A stretch of DNA of 64,000 bases from Candidatus Amesbacteria bacterium GW2011_GWB1_47_19 (GTDB lineage Bacteria > Patescibacteriota > Microgenomatia > CAZETR01 > Amesbacteraceae), in the NCBI GenBank assembly GCA_001002325.1, contig LCNZ01000005.1, positions 18,274-82,273 on the forward strand, read 5' to 3'. Below the pieces are notes generated by a model, which did not search any database, was not told where the DNA came from, and saw only the letters and a list, made by a program, of their open reading frames with translations. The translations under genes and the position numbers were made by a program. Of this stretch, positions 1 to 8,816 are shown piece after piece. How positions within the stretch are numbered: position 1 is the first letter of the stretch; every line of letters begins with the position of its first letter.

Positions 1-58
1 GCAACCGAACCTGTTGGCTTTGAATTTGCTGGTTGGTGCGGTAGTAGGGTTGACTCAC
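1..58 (-). CDS. infC: Translation initiation factor IF-3, N-terminal part (runs off window)
   Basis: GTG at 58 gives MSQPYYRTNQQIQSQQVRL, similar to the IF-3 'INxxIxxxEVRL' motif; directly downstream of thrS. Confidence 0.75.
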   Translation of the reverse strand, partial: MSQPYYRTNQQIQSQQVRL

Positions 59-76
59 TTAATTACGGGAATTATA

Positions 77-1810
77 TCAACTTAAACTTCTGCTGGCAAT
101 TTCCTCTTTAATGTCAGCAATAAATTTATTAGTTTTTATTTCACCGTAATTTTTTCCGGAACGTCCCCGCTCCGAAACCGTAGAATTTTTTATTTCGTTA
201 TCACCAACTACCAACATGTAGGGTATTTTTTGCAGTTGGGCGTCGCGGATGCGGGCATTCAGGGGTTCGTTTCTGGAATCCAGCTCACTGCGAATCCCCT
301 TCCCCATGAGTTGTTCTTGAACTTTTTTGGCGTAACCGGAATGTTTATCGGAAATGGGAAGAACCACTACCTGTACGGGTGACAGCCAGACCGGAAATAC
401 CCCGGCAAAATGCTCGATAAGAATGCCGATGAATCTTTCCAATGAGCCGTAAACCACCCGGTGAATACAAATGGGAGTTTTACCCTGTCCGTCTTTGTCA
501 ATATATTCCAGCTTGAAACGCAGCGGTTGTTGGAAATCCAGTTGAACGGTGCCCATCTGCCACTCACGGCCTAAAACATCTTTCATCAAAATGTCCACTT
601 TGGGTCCGTAAAACGCGCCATCTCCCTCCAGAACGAAATATTCCACCCCGCTTTTTTCCAGAATTTCTTTGAGCGAAGCCTCAGCTTTGTCCCAGGTGGA
701 TATTTCACCCATAAAGTTGTCGGGATTTCTGGTACCCAAGCGGAAAGAATAAGGGATATTGAATATGGAATAAAAGCGTTTTATTATTTCGAAAACCTCA
801 AGATATTCAGAGACAATCTGGTCTTCGGTGACATAAATGTGGGCATCGTCCTGGCGGAATTCACGCACTCGCAGCAACCCGTTTAATGTTCCGGAAAGTT
901 CGTAGCGGTGGAGAGTGTCGGTATCTGATAATCTGAGCGGCAGATCCCGGTAACTTCTGGTTTTTGAACCGAAAACTACATGGGCATTGGGGCAATTCAT
1001 GGCTTTGATACCATATTCACCTTCATCGGCGGTTTTGGAAATAAACATATTTTCCCAATAATGTTCAAAATGCCCGGATGTCACATACAATTCCTTTTTA
1101 TTGATCAGAGGGGAGGCAATTTCCTTGTAGCCCCGTTTGACGTGATCTTCACGCCAAAATTTAACAAGTTCGTTGTAGATAATCAGTCCGTTCGGAAGCC
1201 AATAAGGCATCCCCGGCGAAGTCTGATGGAACATAAATAACTCCAGTGCCGGTCCGATTTTGCGGTGATCGCGCTTTTTTGCCTCTTCAAGCATATTCAG
1301 ATGATCTTCCAACTCTTTTTTAGTAGGAAATACGGTACCGTAGATGCGAGTCAGCATTTTGTTTTTTTCATTGCCGCGCCAATACGCTCCGGCCAGGGAG
1401 AGCAGTTTGAAATGCTTTAATTCCCTATCCGGATGTTCGACGTGTCCACCGCGGCATAAATCCCAATACTGACCTGATTTATAGAACGTCAATTTCTGAC
1501 CCTCTGCGGCAAACTCGTCTATAAGCTCATATTTGTAGACATTTCCCGGATATTTTTTTTTGGCAGCGTCGGTATCAAGCTCATGACGCTCGAAATTTTT
1601 CCACCCGGGCAGTATTTCGTGCATTTTGGCTTCGATATGTGGTAAATCGCCATCGGTGATTTTGGAGTCGCCGAAGTCAAAATCAAAATAGAAGCCATTT
1701 TCGATTGAAGGACCAATGGTACGGCGAGCATGAGGCCAAAGCTCCATAACCGCCGCGGCCATCAAATGGGCACAGGAATGACGGAGGTTGGTTAATCGTT
1801 CATCGTTCAT
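77..1810 (-). CDS. thrS: Threonyl-tRNA synthetase (lacks N-terminal TGS domain)
   Basis: RHSCAHLMA, DLCRGGHV, RDHRKIG, MNCP, GAFYGPK and GSLERF motifs; ATG at 1810 chosen as start. Confidence 0.97.
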   Translation of the reverse strand: MNDERLTNLRHSCAHLMAAAVMELWPHARRTIGPSIENGFYFDFDFGDSKITDGDLPHIEAKMHEILPGWKNFERHELDTDAAKKKYPGNVYKYELIDEFAAEGQKLTFYKSGQYWDLCRGGHVEHPDRELKHFKLLSLAGAYWRGNEKNKMLTRIYGTVFPTKKELEDHLNMLEEAKKRDHRKIGPALELFMFHQTSPGMPYWLPNGLIIYNELVKFWREDHVKRGYKEIASPLINKKELYVTSGHFEHYWENMFISKTADEGEYGIKAMNCPNAHVVFGSKTRSYRDLPLRLSDTDTLHRYELSGTLNGLLRVREFRQDDAHIYVTEDQIVSEYLEVFEIIKRFYSIFNIPYSFRLGTRNPDNFMGEISTWDKAEASLKEILEKSGVEYFVLEGDGAFYGPKVDILMKDVLGREWQMGTVQLDFQQPLRFKLEYIDKDGQGKTPICIHRVVYGSLERFIGILIEHFAGVFPVWLSPVQVVVLPISDKHSGYAKKVQEQLMGKGIRSELDSRNEPLNARIRDAQLQKIPYMLVVGDNEIKNSTVSERGRSGKNYGEIKTNKFIADIKEEIASRSLS

Positions 1811-1955
1811 AGTTGATAGTAGTTTACCCCAAAATGTAATAAAAAAATCCACTTCTTCGTCAGAACCGGGGTTCCATCTGACTACTATGGTGGCTTAATT
1901 TGTCCGATTTAGCCCGGACAGCTTCCGGCTTTAATGTCAAGAATTTGTATGCGAC

Positions 1956-2342
1956 TTACTTTTCAGACCTGTTGTTAATAAGATTTAATATGAATTCAGG
2001 AGTTTGAAGGATACCACTAAAAGTATAAATACTAATGGCCCATAGCATGGCGTTTGCCACCTCAGGTGACTTTTCACTAAAAACTAAAGAGAGTATCCCT
2101 ATACCCGCTGCCCTCCCGAAATCCCATCCAATTGAAGTAGCATCGCTTCTGGCACTAAATCCTAATTCGCTGTTTTTTTGATCTATATATTGACTTTTTT
2201 CCGGAAAATAATATTTGCCAACCTCCACGATTGTTCCTGAAAGAGGTCTGTGGAAAAAACCGGGTAAGATTGCGGCTAACGGTGCGAATACACAACAAGC
2301 GCAACCCGCAATCTTTAAAGACTTCTGTTCCGTGGAATTCAT
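1956..2342 (-). CDS. Hypothetical membrane protein
   Basis: 128 aa ORF with 2-3 hydrophobic segments; no recognised motif. Confidence 0.55.
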   Translation of the reverse strand: MNSTEQKSLKIAGCACCVFAPLAAILPGFFHRPLSGTIVEVGKYYFPEKSQYIDQKNSELGFSARSDATSIGWDFGRAAGIGILSLVFSEKSPEVANAMLWAISIYTFSGILQTPEFILNLINNRSEK

Positions 2343-2391
2343 CTGGGCAGCATTGTACTATAGGTTTATTAATAAATCAATCTGATGAAAT

Positions 2392-3225
2392 TCAATTCGC
2401 CAGGGATTTCAGGATGTCTAGATCTGTTTTCCGTGGACCGGTGTGGTTGTCGCCCGGGACTTCCAAAATCAGAGGGGGGCAAATCTTGGTAGCCGATTTA
2501 CATTTATCTATGAAATCCCTGAGATTTTCCAGGCCGATTTTGCCTTCACCCAGATTTGCATGACGGTCCCGACGGGAGGCGAAGTCTGTAGCGGAATCAT
2601 TGAGATGGATGACTGATAGAAATTTAAGTCCGATCTGACGGTCGAATCTTTCCAGGGCGGTTCCCAATTGGTACCCGGAGGCAAAAGCGTGTTGGGTGTC
2701 AAGGCAAATGCCGATTTTTGACCTGTCACCTACCCTTTTTATAATTTCTGACAGTTCCTCGAATGTTACACCGACAGTTCCTCCTTGGCCTGCGGTATTT
2801 TCCAGTATGAGCTTGATGCCTTTGGGACTGCTGTCTAAAATGTAGTTTACCGAAGCGACTATCTGGTTAATGGTGGCGGTTAAACCTTGACCTTTATGAC
2901 TGCCGATGTGCAGAATTGTTCCTTGGGCATTTATTGTGCCAGCCAGCCGTTGATAATAGATTACCGAAGCGATGCTGGCTTTGACATATGCGGAACTTTC
3001 CGAAGCCAGGTTGATCAGATAAGAAGCATGGAAAAAATGAGGACCGAGTTTGTATTCCGCTTTTTTGCGAAGGTAGTCCGCAATTTCTGCAGCAGAGAAA
3101 TTTTTTGTTTTGAGAGTGCGCGGCGGTGAGGCAAATGTCATCAGACAATTACCTCCCAGGTTGACTATCCGGTCCAGACATTTGTCAAAACCACCGCTTA
3201 TTGAGACATGAGCACCGAGGTACAC
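2392..3225 (-). CDS. nfo: Endonuclease IV (AP endonuclease 2)
   Basis: LGAHVSISGG, HASYLINL, LENTAGQG, CLDTQHAFASG, HLNDS, DRHAN; GTG start at 3225 (the longer ORF crosses a tRNA). Confidence 0.95.
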   Translation of the reverse strand: MYLGAHVSISGGFDKCLDRIVNLGGNCLMTFASPPRTLKTKNFSAAEIADYLRKKAEYKLGPHFFHASYLINLASESSAYVKASIASVIYYQRLAGTINAQGTILHIGSHKGQGLTATINQIVASVNYILDSSPKGIKLILENTAGQGGTVGVTFEELSEIIKRVGDRSKIGICLDTQHAFASGYQLGTALERFDRQIGLKFLSVIHLNDSATDFASRRDRHANLGEGKIGLENLRDFIDKCKSATKICPPLILEVPGDNHTGPRKTDLDILKSLAN

Positions 3226-3281
3226 AGATGAGCGCAGTTTAGCAGAAGTCGGGCTCAAGAGATAGTATAATATTCGAAATC

Positions 3282-3356
3282 GGGCACTTAGCTCAGGAGT
3301 AGAGCGCTTCTTTGACATAGAAGAGGTCAGGGGTGCGAAGCCCTTAGTGCCCACCA
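3282..3356 (+). tRNA. tRNA-Val(GAC), encoded CCA, atypical T-loop TGCGAAG
   Basis: Cloverleaf GGGCACT/AGTGCCC, anticodon arm CTTCT-TTGACAT-AGAAG. Confidence 0.93.
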
Positions 3357-3408
3357 TAAGGTGGGGTTGCGTGATATGTTGCGGGATATTGGCGTGATAT
3401 AATTGGGT

Positions 3409-4425
3409 GTGTTCAGTCCTAAATACACCATAAACGACAGGATTGTCAGTCGGCTGACGGCGATTGCGGAGATCCGGGCGATGACTGAAGCTTCGAAGTT
3501 GTTGCCGGCGAGGGAGGCGTTCCTGCGACGGGTAGCGGTAGTGAAAATGGCCCATACTTCTACCTCAATTGAAGGCAATCAACTGGCCGAATATCAGGTA
3601 AAAGAGCTAGCTGAAGGCAAACAGGTCCGGGCTCAGGCGGACCAGATCAGGGAGGTGGAAAATTATCTGGTAGCGCTGCGGAAAGTGGATGAATTGTCGG
3701 AAAAAGGGGCTTTCACTCAGAAAGATGTGTTGTCGTTACACCGGACAGTGACGTCGGGATTGGTAGAATACGAAAAGTCTGGAAATTACAGGACAGGCCT
3801 GGTATATCCGGCATATACTCTCCCGCCATCTGCACAAGTACAGAAATTGGTTGAATATCTGATTAACTGGCTGGACCGGCATGGTGAGATTCATCCGATA
3901 ATCAGAGCTGGACTGTTTCATTACCAGTTTGAGACGATTTACCCTTTTACCGACGGTAACGGCAGGACCGGCAGACTCCTAACTCTGCTGCATTTATATC
4001 AGTCGGGATGGGATTTCAGAAAAGTTCTGGTGCTGGAAGATTTTTATAACCGGAACAGGAAACGATATTATCAGGCGTTACAGACCGGGGATACTTTCGA
4101 GTCCAGATCGGGGGTTGACCTGACGGGGTGGTTGGAGTATTTTGTGGAAGGTTTTGCAGATGAGACGACCCGGGTAAAAGAACAGATCCTGGCATTGCAG
4201 GTTGTGGGAGAAACGGGATTGACCAGAAATGTGCTGGACCATGACGAGCTAAAAATAGTTGATTTTGTGGTGACAGTAGGACGGATAACATCCGCGGATG
4301 TGGTAGACATTCTCAGGGTCCCGAAACGCACTGCACAAGGGAAACTTAAGAGACTGGAAGATATCAGAGTTCTTACAAAACAGGGTGCGGGACCGAATAC
4401 TTATTACGTGATTCCCAAAGTTTGA
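3409..4425 (+). CDS. Fic-domain protein with C-terminal wHTH; catalytic His replaced by Tyr
   Basis: STSIEGN inhibitory motif; IYPFTDGNGRTGR versus canonical HPFxDGNGRxxR. Confidence 0.9.
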   Translation: MFSPKYTINDRIVSRLTAIAEIRAMTEASKLLPAREAFLRRVAVVKMAHTSTSIEGNQLAEYQVKELAEGKQVRAQADQIREVENYLVALRKVDELSEKGAFTQKDVLSLHRTVTSGLVEYEKSGNYRTGLVYPAYTLPPSAQVQKLVEYLINWLDRHGEIHPIIRAGLFHYQFETIYPFTDGNGRTGRLLTLLHLYQSGWDFRKVLVLEDFYNRNRKRYYQALQTGDTFESRSGVDLTGWLEYFVEGFADETTRVKEQILALQVVGETGLTRNVLDHDELKIVDFVVTVGRITSADVVDILRVPKRTAQGKLKRLEDIRVLTKQGAGPNTYYVIPKV

Positions 4426-4540
4426 TTAATCATTGGGTTGCGGGTTATATAGCGCGATTATGGCGTGGTGTTTGGCAGGAAGGAAGGCGGGAGTAAATCC
4501 GGGTCGGTACCGACCGACGGGATACGCAACAGCTCGAGAC

Positions 4541-5161
4541 TTAACCGGTGGAAGTTACCATGTAGCGCTCGGAAGAGAGCATGTATTTCGCACCGGATTT
4601 ACCTACCTGGCCCCAATAATAACCCCGCTTGGAAGCTCGGGTATTGGCAGCGGCCAGCCATTGACGGGACGATTCAACTTTCTGACGCAGTCCTGATATA
4701 ACGCTTTTAAGGTGAATGTAAAAGTTTTTATGATAAACACCCGGCGAAGAGGGCATTTGAGAGGTGGCTTTCTGGACCTCGGAGGCAAAATCTCCGGCGG
4801 TTTTGGCAAATGCCAAAATTTCCTGCTTCAGAAGCTGAATTTGCTGGCGGATTTCAGCCTGTTTTTGGCGGGAGTAAGTTTCCTGTTGCTGGCGGAGTCC
4901 TTCCAGCTGGCGGGTGAAAGCCGCTTCAGCCTGTTGTTTACCCCGGTTTTCAGCCTGTTCAATTTGTGACAGGGAAAGAGACTCATTGGGATTTAAAGTA
5001 CCTGATAAACCAAAAGACTGCGGGAGGTCGGCCGAAAAAGCCTGTTTTACCTGGGTGGTGGCGTCGGACGCGAAATCTTTGCCCAGATCGCGCAGAGCTT
5101 CCAGGAAGTTGTCGTGAACCGGACCCTGCCGGCGGGATTTATGGGGTGTATTTGAGGCCAT
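4541..5161 (-). CDS. CPR-type coiled-coil hypothetical protein (DUF5660-like)
   Basis: Coiled coil followed by PGVYH...W...KRGYYW; family assigned from memory. Confidence 0.65.
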   Translation of the reverse strand: MASNTPHKSRRQGPVHDNFLEALRDLGKDFASDATTQVKQAFSADLPQSFGLSGTLNPNESLSLSQIEQAENRGKQQAEAAFTRQLEGLRQQQETYSRQKQAEIRQQIQLLKQEILAFAKTAGDFASEVQKATSQMPSSPGVYHKNFYIHLKSVISGLRQKVESSRQWLAAANTRASKRGYYWGQVGKSGAKYMLSSERYMVTSTG

Positions 5162-5187
5162 ACTATAGGGTAGCTAACGAAGCTATA

Positions 5188-5883
5188 TTATAGCATTCCT
5201 GTCAAAAAGTCCAGTGTGGCTTTGCGATCGGCCAATTGTTGCTGTTTTTGAATGTGCTGAAGAATGAATTCCACTTCCAGATCCGCCCGGGATTGAGAGG
5301 CTAATTGGCTTTTGAGAGTTTCGGGAGATAATTTTTTTGTCTGGAGATACTGGTCGATAGTCAGTCCCAGCCGGGTGATGTTTTCCGCCAGATTACTGAG
5401 CCGGTGGTTGGCTTCCTCCTCTACCAGCATATCGGGAATTTTGACTGATGAGTTATGGCGGAGAAGTTCGAGTTTGGCGGAAACATCCTTAATATCAGGA
5501 GGAAATTTGAGCGGGAATGACAGAGTAACAGCAGGAGATTCGCAGGTGAGGGCGGTGAATTGCCAATCCTGATCCTGTACCCCCTTATCGATATGAATGT
5601 GGGGATAAAGAATGGGTTTGAGCTGATGTTCGGCGACAGTCCGGGCATATATTTGGGGTAATAATTCTCTGACAGCTTCATTTAAGAGGCGGGATTTGTC
5701 GATAAGGGGTTCGACTAATTTCTTGGGAGCCGTGCCTTTTCTGAAACCGGGGACTTGGGCTGAACCGGCTGCTTTCTTTTCCTGATCCGAGATTCCTTTG
5801 GAAATATCGACCCAGGGGAGGATAAGCGTGATCTCGATGTTGCCATTTTCTAGTCGCCGGAGCTGTGAATCCGAATCGGGCAT
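5188..5883 (-). CDS. tig: Short trigger factor lacking the FKBP domain
   Basis: VPGFRKGTAP ribosome-binding signature; C-domain IPDMLVEEE; only 231 aa. Confidence 0.88.
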   Translation of the reverse strand: MPDSDSQLRRLENGNIEITLILPWVDISKGISDQEKKAAGSAQVPGFRKGTAPKKLVEPLIDKSRLLNEAVRELLPQIYARTVAEHQLKPILYPHIHIDKGVQDQDWQFTALTCESPAVTLSFPLKFPPDIKDVSAKLELLRHNSSVKIPDMLVEEEANHRLSNLAENITRLGLTIDQYLQTKKLSPETLKSQLASQSRADLEVEFILQHIQKQQQLADRKATLDFLTGML

Positions 5884-5885
5884 GT

Positions 5886-6479
5886 TTATTTGGTGAGAAT
5901 CTGGGTGGAGGTGATAGTGTCCCCGATTGAAATAGCGTTCACCACATCCATACCTGACAGTATGCGTCCAAAGTAAGTATACTCTCCATCGAGAAATTGA
6001 GCGTCTTTTTTGAGTATAAAGAATTGGGAGTCATTGGAAAAATCCCGAGGGGTGTTTTTTCGGGCGACGCCCAAGCTACCCGCGGAAAACTGCTCGGCTG
6101 AGAATTCCGTCGGCAGGTTGGTTTGCCCACCGGTGCCGTCCCCCGCGGGGTCGCAACCCTGGACTACCCAATCTTCCACCCGGTGAAATGTTTTGCCATT
6201 GCAGTAGCCGTTGGCCCATTTGGTGAGGAAATTGAGGACAGTTTTTGGTGAGATATCGGGGCGTAACTCAAGAGTGAATATACCCCGGGAGGTAGTCACT
6301 TCAACTTGAGGTTTGCCGGTAATGGGAGTGCTGGGAGCCGGACTGGGAAATGCCAGCTGTTCTGAAGTAGATAATTTACCCGGAGGAAGTATTCGGGATC
6401 CGTTGCGGCCGATGACAAATATGATAACCAACAGAATCCCCAAACCGATAAGCAGGGGACGACGATCCAGTTTCATCAA
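5886..6479 (-). CDS. Membrane-anchored cyclophilin-type peptidyl-prolyl isomerase
   Basis: N-terminal TM; PKTVLNF, FHRV, QGCDPAGDGTGG, SQFFI, LDGEYTYFG. Confidence 0.92.
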   Translation of the reverse strand: MMKLDRRPLLIGLGILLVIIFVIGRNGSRILPPGKLSTSEQLAFPSPAPSTPITGKPQVEVTTSRGIFTLELRPDISPKTVLNFLTKWANGYCNGKTFHRVEDWVVQGCDPAGDGTGGQTNLPTEFSAEQFSAGSLGVARKNTPRDFSNDSQFFILKKDAQFLDGEYTYFGRILSGMDVVNAISIGDTITSTQILTK

Positions 6480-6520
6480 CGCCGATAATACACGATATAA
6501 AGAGAAAATTCAAAGTGCTG

Positions 6521-6925
6521 TCATTTCAATTCCGCCGGGCGGAACTTGTAGCCGTATATTAACATTCCCCGTTCATCGCCGTCCTGTCTGAGGCGGCGGG
6601 TGACCATTTCCACCGGAGTACCTATTTCCACGGGTTCTTTGCCCAAATCAGTAAGTTGGGCCGTCACTAAAGGGCCTTCCGCAAGTTTAATTAGGGCCAC
6701 CACATAGGGGGCGTTCTCCTCAAATCCGACCGGAGCATCATATACAGTGGTAAAAGAATATACTTCTCCCATACCGGAAAACCGGTACGGGGTCTCGGCT
6801 GTGTTTTTACAATAGGGACATATATCCCGGGGAGGAAAAATTTTAGTCTCACAGTGAGGGCAAATTTCACCGATCAGTTTGTACCGCTGGTTTTTCAGGC
6901 GCCAATGGCGGGGGATCTCCATCAT
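6521..6925 (-). CDS. Zn-ribbon/OB-fold protein (DUF35/ChsH2 family)
   Basis: CPHC...FPPRDICPYC, GEVYSFT, PYVVALIKL, YGYKF. Confidence 0.9.
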   Translation of the reverse strand: MMEIPRHWRLKNQRYKLIGEICPHCETKIFPPRDICPYCKNTAETPYRFSGMGEVYSFTTVYDAPVGFEENAPYVVALIKLAEGPLVTAQLTDLGKEPVEIGTPVEMVTRRLRQDGDERGMLIYGYKFRPAELK

Positions 6926-6963
6926 CTGTTAGACGAAAAACCGAATATAAACCCACGGCAGGG

Positions 6964-6992
6964 TTGACAGATAAGACAATCAGAGTTAAGAT
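6964..6992 (+). promoter_or_regulatory. Sigma70-type promoter with no downstream CDS
   Basis: TTGACA (6964-6969), 17-nt spacer, TAAGAT (6987-6992). Confidence 0.7.
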
Positions 6993-6996
6993 GTGA

Positions 6997-7074
6997 CCAC
7001 ACTCTTGTAACAGAGAGTGGAGATGACCCGCAAGGGAAATCTCACGAAAAGCCCGACCGCAAGGCCGGGTTTTT
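6997..7074 (+). ncRNA. Candidate small three-hairpin ncRNA ending in an intrinsic terminator
   Basis: Three consecutive stems, two capped by GCAA tetraloops, last followed by a T-tract; consensus promoter upstream. Confidence 0.55.
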
Positions 7075-7080
7075 CAAATG

Positions 7081-7161
7081 TGTCGGAGAGAGGAGTCGAA
7101 CCTCCATGGGTTACCCCACAGGTTCCTAAAACCTGCGCGTCTGCCATTTCGCCACTCCGAC
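7081..7161 (-). tRNA. tRNA-Leu(TAG)
   Basis: GTCGGAG/CTCCGAC acceptor, CAGGT-TTTAGGA-ACCTG, long variable arm, GGTTCGA. Confidence 0.95.
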
Positions 7162-7294
7162 GCGGATACGCTCATATCGGAAACCTCTTTCCTTTCGCTT
7201 TCGCTCAAGGTTTCTCCGATATATCTCGCTATGCTCGCTATAAAGCGCGCGCCTGCCTGCCGGCAGGCAGGTCTGCCAGTTCCGCCATCGCCGC
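7162..7294 (-). mobile_element. Nuclease-free unit: tRNA-Leu 5' fragment + 20-bp palindrome + structured spacer
   Basis: GCGGCGATGGCGGAACTGGCAGA then CCTGCCTGCCGGCAGGCAGG (7252-7271); 7247-7287 identical to 9957-9997. Confidence 0.6.
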
Positions 7295-7320
7295 CCGTAA
7301 TTTGAGTATATTTTACCAAA

Positions 7321-7358
7321 AAAAAGCCCCGGCTCCTGCCCGATGCCGAGGCTTTTTG
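7321..7358 (-). terminator. Intrinsic terminator hairpin
   Basis: AAAAAGCCCCGGC...GCCGAGGCTTTTT stem flanked by A/T tracts, downstream of the methyltransferase. Confidence 0.65.
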
Positions 7359-7411
7359 GAAATTCCACCGTCCCGATTTTCATCGGAACCGCGGAACCTG
7401 ACGGGATTGTA

Positions 7412-8173
7412 CTATGATAGCGGATTAATGTCAACTCTATGGGATAATATAAACAGACTGGGACCAAAATAAACATGGGAAAGAAGCGGTTGGGAAAAAT
7501 ACTCCAGGATTAACAGCAGATGTCGGGGAAGAAATTTTTTAAGCTTTTGATAACGAAAATTGGATACGGAAAGGACGGTATCGACAAAAAACCCTGACCT
7601 TCGAAGTGATTTGATGACTGCCAGGGGATGATGATTGACAAAAGGTATAGACATCTTTTTGATGTTTTGGAGACTGCGTTTTTCAAGCGGAGTAAGCGGT
7701 ATCCGGGGACCGAAAAACAAACTGCGGAAACGGGATTTGAAGTTTTGGGAGTTGGCAAATTCCAGGATGAACCGACCACCGGGCGTTAGGAGGCGGTGAA
7801 TTTCGGTAAAGGTGGGTACGAGATCGGGCAAATGATGGGCAACCCGGATTAAGAGAGCCAGGTTTACCGATTGGGGATAAAGACGGATTTTCTGGGCAGA
7901 ACCGGACATAATGAAAATATTTTTATTTTTTTTGAGTTTGATGCGTGCCTGACGGCGGTGGTTCGCCGACGGGTCGACCAGAATAATCCGGGTACAGAAT
8001 TTTGTGAGCAGAGGTTCCAAACGGCCAAATCCTCCGCCAATATCGGCACAAACAGGAAAATTGCTGCCGGACAGTAAACGGTTTAAAGCTACGATTTCAG
8101 CCTGATGTTCGTAATCACGATTTTTCCAGTAATCGAGGTAGGAAAAATCCGGATCGTCGTAATGGTGAGTCAT
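7412..8173 (-). CDS. Class I SAM-dependent methyltransferase
   Basis: ADIGGGFGR motif I, LVDPS, LLTPGGRFILE. Confidence 0.9.
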   Translation of the reverse strand: MTHHYDDPDFSYLDYWKNRDYEHQAEIVALNRLLSGSNFPVCADIGGGFGRLEPLLTKFCTRIILVDPSANHRRQARIKLKKNKNIFIMSGSAQKIRLYPQSVNLALLIRVAHHLPDLVPTFTEIHRLLTPGGRFILEFANSQNFKSRFRSLFFGPRIPLTPLEKRSLQNIKKMSIPFVNHHPLAVIKSLRRSGFFVDTVLSVSNFRYQKLKKFLPRHLLLILEYFSQPLLSHVYFGPSLFILSHRVDINPLS

Positions 8174-8184
8174 GGGGAAAGCGG

Positions 8185-8754
8185 CTATTCCAAATCAGTC
8201 AAAAATTGGTTGATAGCTTTGGCCCAGGCACCGTCTTTTTCCAGGGAGGGAGGGGTATATTTCGCCATTATTTCCTCGGGTGTATCCAGTCCCTGGTCGA
8301 TATATTTACGTTTCAGGGTTTTGGCGACTGTTTCCATGGCTTCGGGGTAATTTCTGAAGCGGATAACCTGGTCGCCGTAGATGCCATATCCCCAGCAATT
8401 GTGTGACTCTTTGGGAATAATTTTACAGAGGTTGGACTCCTGTCGGGCGATGGCCACCAACAACCGATAATCAAGACGATATTTATCCGAAATGGCAATT
8501 ATCTGATCGGAATACGGTTCCAGAGGTGATCCATATCGGTGAAGATACCTGCGGATTGACAAAGCCCGAGCGTCTGAATAAGTAAATGCTGCGGACAAAT
8601 AGGGGGTGAATTCGGGAGATGAAATTCCCAAGACTTCCGGGGAAAAGGGTGAAGCCGGAACAATTGGCAAAGACATAAAAAGCAGCCTGACCGTGCCAAG
8701 AAACAAAAGGGGTAGCCCCAGGAAAAAAGTGCCTAGCCAAAATATACGGCGCAT
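8185..8754 (-). CDS. Membrane-anchored lysozyme-like (glucosaminidase/SLT-type) protein
   Basis: LDYRLLVAIARQES, SHNCWGYG, KYTPP; N-terminal TM. Confidence 0.8.
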   Translation of the reverse strand: MRRIFWLGTFFLGLPLLFLGTVRLLFMSLPIVPASPFSPEVLGISSPEFTPYLSAAFTYSDARALSIRRYLHRYGSPLEPYSDQIIAISDKYRLDYRLLVAIARQESNLCKIIPKESHNCWGYGIYGDQVIRFRNYPEAMETVAKTLKRKYIDQGLDTPEEIMAKYTPPSLEKDGAWAKAINQFLTDLE

Positions 8755-8759
8755 AATTT

Positions 8760-8811
8760 TGAGCGGCTAAGGGGAATCGAACCCCTGTCACCCCGCCATG
8801 GCGGGGAGTTC
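8760..8811 (-). repeat. 3' partial copy of tRNA-Gly(GCC) with anticodon arm replaced by a palindrome
   Basis: 8760-8790 identical to 9071-9101; CCCCGCCATGGCGGGG (8791-8806); AGTTC resumes the match to 9119-9123. Confidence 0.9.
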
Positions 8812-8816
8812 AGCTA

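Noticed and set aside
1811-1955. Possible T-box or attenuator upstream of thrS
   Set aside because: No T-box consensus; a -10-like box sits just before the ATG; only a short hairpin near 1901-1920.
3226-3555. N-terminal extension of the nfo ORF
   Set aside because: Runs antisense through tRNA-Val and the Fic start; homology begins at VYLGAH.
7371-7406. TCCCGAT-TTTC-ATCGGAA ... CGGGA REP-like hairpin
   Set aside because: Imperfect and seen only once in the window; too weak to call, though it may relate to the hairpin at 21709.
7017-7476. Several overlapping ORFs containing CLPAGR/PACRQAG peptides
   Set aside because: They are translations of tRNA-Leu, the palindrome and terminators, not credible proteins.
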